Of a stretch of DNA of 64,000 nt, positions 56,963-64,000 are shown piece after piece (positions within the stretch are counted from its first letter, which is position 1; each line of letters begins with the position of its first letter). The notes below the pieces were generated by a model. That model made no database searches, was not told the origin of the DNA, and worked only from the letters and a program-made list of their open reading frames with translations. The translations under genes and the position numbers were made by a program. Location of the stretch: NCBI GenBank assembly GCA_023229505.1, contig JALNZD010000018.1:9089-73088 (forward strand). The letters are read 5' to 3'. The DNA comes from Bacteroidales bacterium (GTDB taxonomy: Bacteria > Bacteroidota > Bacteroidia > Bacteroidales > JAGOPY01).

Positions 56963-57001
56963 AACCTGACGGGTCTGGCGACGCCATCAGGTTTGGTTTT
57001 T
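56963..57001 (+). terminator. Intrinsic terminator; second copy of the CCTGAC hairpin element
   Basis: aacctgacgg(11 nt)ccatcaggtt: a 10-bp stem with one mismatch, followed by TGGTTTTTTCTTG. Confidence 0.65.
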
Positions 57002-57121
57002 CTTGAACAGTGGAAAACTAATTCGAATCAGCACCAATTTTTCCGAAAATTTTCCATTAATTTTAGAAAATCATATTTGCCAGTTTGCTGGTTGTATTAA
57101 GATTACCTTCACTTACATCCG

Positions 57122-57916
57122 ATGCGGCTTAGATTACATATTGAGCTTGAACACAACGACCGCGGAATCATCCCGGTGAATTACCAGTATGCGGTTTCGT
57201 CGTGGATTTATTCAAGGTTGGCGGTTGCCGATCCTGAATTTTCGTCATGGCTGCATGAGCAGGGATACAGGGATGGGTTCAGGAGTTTCAAGCTCTTTAC
57301 TTTTTCAAATATTCAGATCCAAGGGAAATTATTTGATGATGACAGGTTAATATTAGCAGAAAAGAATGGTTTCCTGGAGATCAGTTTCCTGGTTGAAGAA
57401 GCGATGGGTATTTTTATCAGCGGGCTATTCAATGATGCCGCTTTCAGGATCGGAGACGCCAAGAGCAGTGCGTGCTTTGTGGTACGATCAGTGGAATGTC
57501 TCAAAAACCCTGATTTCTTAGAGATGATGAATTACAAGACGCTATCCCCGATCGTGGTAAGCCGTTTTGATGAGGCCAGGGGACAACCGGCTTATCTTTC
57601 ACCCGATCAGCCTGGCTATGGAGAGTTGTTTTTTAATAATCTTATCCATAAGTTCTCGGTTGCCAAGGGTGCCCAAAACACTATTGACGATGATTTAATG
57701 CCCCAAATGGGTAACTTCCGGTTATTATCGGAACCCCATTCAAGGCTGATCACCATCAAGGCCGGGCAAGCCAAAGAATCCAAAATCCGTGGATTTATGT
57801 TTGATTTCTCTCTGACAGCGCCTGTTTCTCTTCACCGTACCGGTTATTTTGCCGGATTCGGCGAAAAGAACAGCATGGGGTTTGGGTGCGTGGGGGAGAA
57901 AAATAATATATCTTAA
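57122..57916 (+). CDS. cas6: CRISPR endoribonuclease Cas6
   Basis: MRLRLHIELEHNDRGIIPVNYQYAVSSWIY (typical Cas6 N-terminus) and the C-terminal glycine-rich loop GFGEKNSMGFGCV. Confidence 0.85.
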   Translation: MRLRLHIELEHNDRGIIPVNYQYAVSSWIYSRLAVADPEFSSWLHEQGYRDGFRSFKLFTFSNIQIQGKLFDDDRLILAEKNGFLEISFLVEEAMGIFISGLFNDAAFRIGDAKSSACFVVRSVECLKNPDFLEMMNYKTLSPIVVSRFDEARGQPAYLSPDQPGYGELFFNNLIHKFSVAKGAQNTIDDDLMPQMGNFRLLSEPHSRLITIKAGQAKESKIRGFMFDFSLTAPVSLHRTGYFAGFGEKNSMGFGCVGEKNNIS

Positions 57917-57926
57917 TTTATATTGT

Positions 57927-59882
57927 ATGAGTTTAGACACAGTACTTCAAATTGGTAAAGTTCTCCGCGGTTCGGAGAATAGCCTTAAATATTTCAAATA
58001 TGTGGAGCCTTGCCCGAAAGATTATAAAACAGGAGAGTGGCCAATTTGTATTTCAATCCCAATCAATTCTGATTTTTCTTTTGATTGGAATGGGACCAAA
58101 ATTACACCAGAGAATGAGCGTAGTAAACTTTACTATTTGAAGTTTAAGACCTCTGATAGTGATGGCTTAGTGAAATACGTTTTTGGTGACATTTATTTTA
58201 ACAAAAAAGCCACAATTAAGAAAGATGGTTCTATTGAATCAGCCGAAGGAGGGTATTACAGGTTAGATAATCCTAATCATACAAATGCCTCATTCAGATC
58301 AAGTTCTTTTAATCGCGGAATAAATGATTATAAAGACATTATAAATTCACAAAAGAATAATTCGACATGTATGATGCAAAAATTCCATGAGGAAATGGAA
58401 AAAAACATTACATATATTGAAAGGATTCTAAAATATATACCAGCTATTTATAATCATTTTGAAAACAAGAATGATCTAACCATTAAAGATTTTCTTGAAA
58501 ATGAAGAAAATCTGTATTCAATTACAATAGAACAAAACTTTCAAAAAATTTCTAATCCTAATTTAAAGAAAGTGGGAATTACGGCAGAATTGTTGGATTG
58601 CGATGAAACTCAAAAAAAATTACTTTTTGATCTTACTAATTTGGCTATATTCATCCACTTCGAGTTTCCAGAAAAACTACATTGGTATCAATTCACAGAG
58701 GACATGAGCTTTTTGAATGCCAAAGTACTTTCAGAATTCGTAGACAATACACAAGATGGTTTGGTTTTGAAAAAAACTCTATACAAAACTCTATGTTCTG
58801 GAGATAAGAAGAATGATATTCAATTTCCATCGTTCAGAGACACAAACAAGCACAAATCAAAGAATTTTGATATTGATAGTTTGCAAGATTTGTTTTATGC
58901 GATTGACTATACAGGAAAGGGAAATGTTATTTCTGGAACTGACATCAAATTAATAGTTTTACCACGAGGTGAAAAACTCACTGTAAAAGACTATGATGAC
59001 TTTATTGAGAAAAGAGATGAAGCAAAAGTTCTTGCAAAAAACAAAAACAGCATTCAAAATTCAACAGATCCGCTTTTTGATTTCTTTTCCGATGATGAAA
59101 AGAATATTACTTCTTTTGATCTGATATTTTGTAAAAAGGGAGGGCTATCGTCCCCTGATTCTGATTTAATTGAACTCTCAGGCATAGAAAAAAGCAAATT
59201 ACGCCTAATCAGGGAAAGAGTTCGCCAAATATCTCAAGAGATAAATCTGGAAAGGAAAAGCTTTCTGAGAACAGAAAAGGATCTCTATCCAATGACTATT
59301 GATTATTCGTTTCGGAGCATTTTGGGAAATCCACAGACAGATCCTAAAACCGGGAAAATATCTTACAAACCTAATCCGAAGTATCAATCACACCTATTAA
59401 AAGTAGTACCACTTATTTATTCCGATAATTACTGCCATGATGAGGTACTTTTATCCGCTTTCATTCAGAATGTGGAATTTAGTATCCGATTAGGCGATGA
59501 AAAATTCAACTTCTTAAAATTTGATTTAAAATTTCTTTATAAAATACGAAATACTAAAACCGATAAATTTATGGAAATCACATCATCCGAAAGTTACCAA
59601 GTTGGGCTCATGCTTGGAGTATTGGCAAAGAACCTAAGCCAGGAGATTAATTCATTTGAAAAAAACTACGTGGGTAACCTTACCCGAAGAATTGGGAACA
59701 TGGCCGATTTTATTAAACTAAAAAATGAAATCGAACAAAAATTAATTATGCACGATAAAACCAAGTATACCTATCAAACCTCGTATGATCTTGCACAAAA
59801 AGTCAAGGAATTTAAATCGAGGTACGATAAAGAAGAATGTGCATTTGGCTTTATGGAAAGCTACTTTAAGCCAATTTCTTAA
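57927..59882 (+). CDS. cas8b: Type I large subunit (Cas8b-like), assigned mainly by position
   Basis: 651 aa from the ATG at 57927 (MSLDTVLQIGKVL...). Lies between cas6 and cas7. AT-rich and poorly conserved, as large subunits usually are. The upstream part of the track ORF overlaps cas6. Confidence 0.65.
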   Translation: MSLDTVLQIGKVLRGSENSLKYFKYVEPCPKDYKTGEWPICISIPINSDFSFDWNGTKITPENERSKLYYLKFKTSDSDGLVKYVFGDIYFNKKATIKKDGSIESAEGGYYRLDNPNHTNASFRSSSFNRGINDYKDIINSQKNNSTCMMQKFHEEMEKNITYIERILKYIPAIYNHFENKNDLTIKDFLENEENLYSITIEQNFQKISNPNLKKVGITAELLDCDETQKKLLFDLTNLAIFIHFEFPEKLHWYQFTEDMSFLNAKVLSEFVDNTQDGLVLKKTLYKTLCSGDKKNDIQFPSFRDTNKHKSKNFDIDSLQDLFYAIDYTGKGNVISGTDIKLIVLPRGEKLTVKDYDDFIEKRDEAKVLAKNKNSIQNSTDPLFDFFSDDEKNITSFDLIFCKKGGLSSPDSDLIELSGIEKSKLRLIRERVRQISQEINLERKSFLRTEKDLYPMTIDYSFRSILGNPQTDPKTGKISYKPNPKYQSHLLKVVPLIYSDNYCHDEVLLSAFIQNVEFSIRLGDEKFNFLKFDLKFLYKIRNTKTDKFMEITSSESYQVGLMLGVLAKNLSQEINSFEKNYVGNLTRRIGNMADFIKLKNEIEQKLIMHDKTKYTYQTSYDLAQKVKEFKSRYDKEECAFGFMESYFKPIS

Positions 59883-59947
59883 GCTGCAACAAAAGCGACT
59901 GAAAATACAGAAAAATATAACCAAAAACCCTAAAAAATATATATAAA

Positions 59948-60898
59948 ATGGAAAACGAATTAAAAAAATCAGAAATTTTGTTTTTGTACGAAACTTCGTA
60001 TAACATTCCTAATGGCGACCCTTTCACCGGAGAACAGCGTTACGATGAAGAAACCAAGAAAATATTGGTTAGTGATGTTCGCATGAAAAGATATGTTCGA
60101 ACTTATTTTGAAGAAATCAAAGGATTACCTATATATGTAAGTGAAAAAACAGGTGCAGGTAAAAGTGATTCAAAAGGGGTCTTAAGATGGATTGCTGAAA
60201 ACAGAAATGAGAAGAAACTCACCAATATTGGTGAAATATTAAAAGAACAAATCGATGTAAGGTTATTTGGAGGTATTTCGACATTGAAAGATGAAGAAAC
60301 AAAAGCCATTAAAGTGGATAATAAAGAATGTACTAATGGTCATGTTCAGTTTACAGGTCCAGTTCAGTTTGCTCTCTTAAATCCTTCTCTCAACGAAATA
60401 AATTTAAGGATGCATCAAAATACGACACATTTCATGTCTAAAGACACAAATACACAAGGGTCTATTGGTACGACAACCTTAGTCCCTTATTCATTAATGC
60501 AAATTCACGGTTGGGTAAATCCTAAAGTTGCAGAAAAAACTGGAATGACTGAGAATGATTTGAAATTAATGTATGAAGGACTTTGGTACGGAACCAGTGG
60601 TGATGGCAGCTCCCATTCGCGCAGTAAGGTCGGACAAAACTCGGTTCTCTTGCTTGAAATTGAATATTCAAAAAATAATTTTAAAGTATATGAAGTAGAC
60701 AGATTAATAAAAATAGAATCGAAAGACGACAAAAAAGGGGAACAACTGCGTAGTATGGACGATTACAAACTTGATTTCTCAAAATTGTTTGAAGCAGCTA
60801 AATCAGATAAAGTGCAAAAAATTAAATTTTACACTGAGATTGAATCAATCAAATCAGAATTAACTGGGAAAACAAAATTTGAAGCAATTGTGTTATGA
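59948..60898 (+). CDS. cas7: Cas7 (Csh2/Csd2-type backbone subunit)
   Basis: EILFLYETSYNIPNGDPFTGEQRYDEETKKILVSDVRMKRYVRTYF matches the NPNGDP...D...KR.IR signature of the Cas7/Csh2/Csd2 family. Confidence 0.85.
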   Translation: MENELKKSEILFLYETSYNIPNGDPFTGEQRYDEETKKILVSDVRMKRYVRTYFEEIKGLPIYVSEKTGAGKSDSKGVLRWIAENRNEKKLTNIGEILKEQIDVRLFGGISTLKDEETKAIKVDNKECTNGHVQFTGPVQFALLNPSLNEINLRMHQNTTHFMSKDTNTQGSIGTTTLVPYSLMQIHGWVNPKVAEKTGMTENDLKLMYEGLWYGTSGDGSSHSRSKVGQNSVLLLEIEYSKNNFKVYEVDRLIKIESKDDKKGEQLRSMDDYKLDFSKLFEAAKSDKVQKIKFYTEIESIKSELTGKTKFEAIVL

Positions 60899-61605
60899 AA
60901 GGTTTCCAACTAATCATAGGAGGTAATTGGGGGCATTTCAAAAAACCGGAAACGAATAATAATCCACTGTCTCACGATTTAATTACTAAAACCGCTCTGA
61001 TTGGACTAATAGGGGCCGTGCTGGGAATTGAGCGTGAGGATATGAGAAGTAAATTTCCGCAATTGTCGGAAGATTTACTTTATGGGGTTCTGTTACTTAA
61101 TCCGGTAAAGAAGATTTCATGGGGCTTTACCAGTAGAACGGCAATTAGCCCGACTGCGGAAGGAACACCAAAGTATTTTGAGTTTTTGAAAGACCCCAAA
61201 TTTTTGGTTTCAATAGCATTGAAGAACGTGCAATCAAGTTCTATTTTTGAAGAATTCAAGCTTGCCATTAAAGAGCAACAAGCTGTTTATCCGCCTGTAT
61301 TAGGTTGGCATAATTGTCCTGCCAACCTCCATTGGGAATCGGAAGGTGATTTCTCGGAAATCAAAAATGGAACATTTGAAACCAAAGGATTTGTGCTTAC
61401 AGGAGAACACACTCCCAAGGATATTTCGGGCGGTTTTCGAATTGGTTTTGACAAAATGCCCACTTTTCAGAATGAAGATTTCTGGAATTTACCGGATAAA
61501 TACAAGAATGTAATTTATCCCGATTGTCCTCATTCAATTACGGTCAAAGGGGACTACTACGAATATCAATCATCAAAAGAATTAGAAAGATGGTGCCTGA
61601 TATAA
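60895..61605 (+). CDS. cas5: Cas5 (type I-B-like)
   Basis: GNWGHFKKPETNNNPLSHDLITKTALIGLIGAVLGIER is the Cas5 N-terminal RAMP motif. ATGA overlap with cas7. Confidence 0.85.
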   Translation: MKGFQLIIGGNWGHFKKPETNNNPLSHDLITKTALIGLIGAVLGIEREDMRSKFPQLSEDLLYGVLLLNPVKKISWGFTSRTAISPTAEGTPKYFEFLKDPKFLVSIALKNVQSSSIFEEFKLAIKEQQAVYPPVLGWHNCPANLHWESEGDFSEIKNGTFETKGFVLTGEHTPKDISGGFRIGFDKMPTFQNEDFWNLPDKYKNVIYPDCPHSITVKGDYYEYQSSKELERWCLI

Positions 61606-64000
61606 ACACACTTCGGTCTCATCCTGCTAAATTGTTATTAGAACATATTCAGGGTGTCCGAAACAATACGAGGAAGCTAACCAACTCCAAAATTGCGGAT
61701 TTGGTGGCGATTTTCCATGATTTAGGAAAGATAAATCCAAATTTTCAAAACAAGCTTGATTCTGACAAAACAATGAATGGTTATGCAAATCATTCCTATT
61801 TGTCAGCTTATACTTTTTTCTGTGCCTTCTGTTGTTCAAAACAAAACATGGAAGCATTAAAGCAGTTTTTGGTAGTTGATACTTTCGGCCAGAATAATTT
61901 TATTGCATTAACAGTGTCAATTGCCAAACATCATGGTAATTTGCCTGACTTTTCTCCAAAATGCGGAGAAAACGAATCCTTCGCAAGTATTTTATCAAAA
62001 GATGAAAATTCTGCACTATTTAAGTTTCTTGATCAGGAGAAAAACATACCTGTTTCTGAATTCGTAAATCATTTTATAAGCGTTGATGATTTCCGACAAT
62101 TTCTGACAACACCTAAATTACAACAAGGCTACTCTGAACAATTGGTCTTCAATGGAGAAAAAAACAAATCAGCTTTAGACTTCTTTTTAGATTACCAACT
62201 TGCATTTGCTAGTGTGATACAGGCAGATAAAGCCGATGCCGCAAAATTTGACAATTTCATTGACCAACAAGTGAAAGAAGTTGAAACATTTGCAGAAGGT
62301 TTCAGCAGTCAACTTGACTCTTATTTGGAAAGGTTGAACCAGGATTCAGCATTGAACCAATTGAGAACAAACATTCGTAATCATGCCGTTCAAAATATCC
62401 GTACTGGTTTGAAAGAAAACGTAAGAGTATATGAACTCACTGCTCCGACAGGTTCTGGCAAAACATTAATGATGCTTTCTTTAGCTTCAGAAATCATCAA
62501 CGCAAAAGGAGCAAAAAGAATCATCTATGGCTTACCGTTCTTGTCCATCACAGAACAGGTTGAAGCGGAAGTGTTGAAAATATTTCCAGAAACGACAGAT
62601 TACATTCAGCGGATTGATTCCAAATCAGAAAACAACCGATTCGAAGACATTCAAAAAGAATTGGAGAATAACCCAACTGAAGAAAAGATACTCGAAGCAA
62701 ATTTGCTGGAGTTTCAGGAAAACACTTTCGCTTATCCTTTTGTAATTACCACCTTTGTTCGCTTTTTCGAAACACTTTTAAGCAACCGAAATGCCGAATT
62801 ATTGAAATTGCCAAACTTTTCCAAATGTATTTTCCTTTTGGACGAGATTCAGGCATTGCCTCCACGTTTATATGGTTTCTTTGTAGCTTACCTGAGTAAA
62901 TTCTGCGAAAAGTTTGACAGCTATGCGATCATTTCAACAGCAACTCAACCCAAATTTAGTTTACCGGAAAATAATACAAAGGCGAGAAACTTCTTCTATG
63001 ACTACAAAAATCCAATGCCATTATTGCCTTTGACCTATTTTGAGAATGATTTGTTCAACCGCTATCAAATAGAATTTGACAAGGAACCTATAGAACTTGA
63101 AATTCTGAAAGAACAAATACTTTCCGAAAACCAATCGATATTGATCATCCTTAATACAATTGATGACACCAAAGAATTATTCAAATTACTACAGGACGAA
63201 TTGGATAAAGATGAAATATTATTACTGAATACGCATTTCACCCCAGAACATCGGAAGCAAAAAATCGCTTTAACCAAAGAAAGATTAAATCAAAAACGAA
63301 GAATCATCGTTATTTCAACCCAACTAATTGAAGCTGGCGTTGACATTGATTTCCCGGCATTGTATAGGGATTTTGCCACTGTTGCCAGCATTGTTCAATC
63401 AGCTGGTCGTTGTAACCGTAATGGTAAGCTTGATTCATTGGGAAGAGTGAAACTTTTTAAATTACGGAATAAAGGTAAAATCCGGTCTGATATTATCTAT
63501 CAAGGTAAAGACAAAGAAATATTGCGATTCACAAAAGAGTCATTCTCTGAAAACCAGTATCAGGAGAAAGAATTACTCAATGTTCAACGGGAATTTTTCC
63601 ATCGAATTCAGTCTGAACTAAACTTTGCAATGCATTCTCAAAATAGCCCAAGAATTGAATTTGATTTTTTGAAAGATATTCAAGAATGTCAGTTTGATAA
63701 AATCGGGAAGTTTCAATTAATTGACAAACAGCTTTTTGGGGAAGAATTTCAGTATTATGTTCCTAAGGACAACAACGATAAAAAATTTGAATCCCTTTTA
63801 ACTATTCAGGATGAAATTAAAAATTTGTTTGAAAAGGATAACTTTAATAGAAACGTCTTTTTTGCTAAGAAAAACATCCTTAAAAACCATTTAAAATCAA
63901 TGACAGATCAGATTATTTCGGTGCGCATCAGTAGCAAACATGTAAAACCAAAGTTAGCTAATGCAAGGCATTTTAATGGTATTTATAAGATTGCCTCTGA
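61590..64000 (+). CDS. cas3: Cas3 HD nuclease-helicase, partial (runs off the right edge)
   Basis: Not in the track because it is open-ended. I translated 61590-63998 without meeting a stop. HD motifs (AIFHDLGKINP, AKHHGNLP, QADKADA). Helicase motifs I APTGSGKT, II LLDEIQ and VI QSAGRCNRNG. 16-nt overlap with cas5. Confidence 0.9.
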   Translation, partial: MVPDINTLRSHPAKLLLEHIQGVRNNTRKLTNSKIADLVAIFHDLGKINPNFQNKLDSDKTMNGYANHSYLSAYTFFCAFCCSKQNMEALKQFLVVDTFGQNNFIALTVSIAKHHGNLPDFSPKCGENESFASILSKDENSALFKFLDQEKNIPVSEFVNHFISVDDFRQFLTTPKLQQGYSEQLVFNGEKNKSALDFFLDYQLAFASVIQADKADAAKFDNFIDQQVKEVETFAEGFSSQLDSYLERLNQDSALNQLRTNIRNHAVQNIRTGLKENVRVYELTAPTGSGKTLMMLSLASEIINAKGAKRIIYGLPFLSITEQVEAEVLKIFPETTDYIQRIDSKSENNRFEDIQKELENNPTEEKILEANLLEFQENTFAYPFVITTFVRFFETLLSNRNAELLKLPNFSKCIFLLDEIQALPPRLYGFFVAYLSKFCEKFDSYAIISTATQPKFSLPENNTKARNFFYDYKNPMPLLPLTYFENDLFNRYQIEFDKEPIELEILKEQILSENQSILIILNTIDDTKELFKLLQDELDKDEILLLNTHFTPEHRKQKIALTKERLNQKRRIIVISTQLIEAGVDIDFPALYRDFATVASIVQSAGRCNRNGKLDSLGRVKLFKLRNKGKIRSDIIYQGKDKEILRFTKESFSENQYQEKELLNVQREFFHRIQSELNFAMHSQNSPRIEFDFLKDIQECQFDKIGKFQLIDKQLFGEEFQYYVPKDNNDKKFESLLTIQDEIKNLFEKDNFNRNVFFAKKNILKNHLKSMTDQIISVRISSKHVKPKLANARHFNGIYKIAS

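Noticed and set aside
57849-57926. Extension of the cas8 ORF
   Set aside because: It overlaps the cas6 3' end. The ATG at 57927 lies 11 nt after the cas6 stop.

Overview
The window looks like a Bacteroidota chromosomal segment. It has a SusC/SusD pair, five proteins with T9SS C-terminal sorting domains, a type III glutamine synthetase and a TAnnTTTG-like promoter box. I count about 45 protein genes, 3 tRNAs and 2 decayed gene remnants.

Left to right:
- A partial, AT-rich gene for an NDT/TIR-like plus coiled-coil protein, cut by the window edge.
- An FG-GAP T9SS protein, then an orphan sigma-54 response regulator without a DNA-binding domain.
- A probable operon of SSF symporter, GS-III (glnN) and a secreted protein.
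- GDP-heptose genes (gmhA-hddC-gmhB) downstream of two very large, translationally coupled T9SS cargo genes.
- A polysaccharide-utilisation locus (susC, susD, PKD lipoprotein, T9SS-exported glycosidase-like enzyme). It is joined to a DeoR-controlled AgaS/AgaZ/PfkB/AgaY tagatose-6-P amino-sugar pathway, an amidohydrolase and an alpha-galactosidase-like enzyme.
- A stand-alone OLD-family ATPase/TOPRIM nuclease, an esterase-TPR protein and a long NagB-LmbE fusion.
- tRNA-Arg, a 1177-aa T9SS type-B adhesin, and an AT-rich stretch with gene fragments and palindromes.
- PhzF, SDR, an OMP, PepE, a large helical protein, two tRNA-Leu and a DUF4301-like protein.
- At the right edge, a type I-B-like cas operon (cas6-cas8-cas7-cas5-cas3, with cas3 running off the window). 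No CRISPR array or adaptation genes are visible.

The most unusual signal is not a gene. It is a dispersed family of at least 14 short tandem arrays of 7-8 nt units sitting at start and stop codons. Two of them lie in frame inside T9SS cargo genes.

All family names come from motif recognition by eye; no database search was possible. The ORF track uses alternative start codons (TTG/GTG), so several listed starts were trimmed to internal ATGs.
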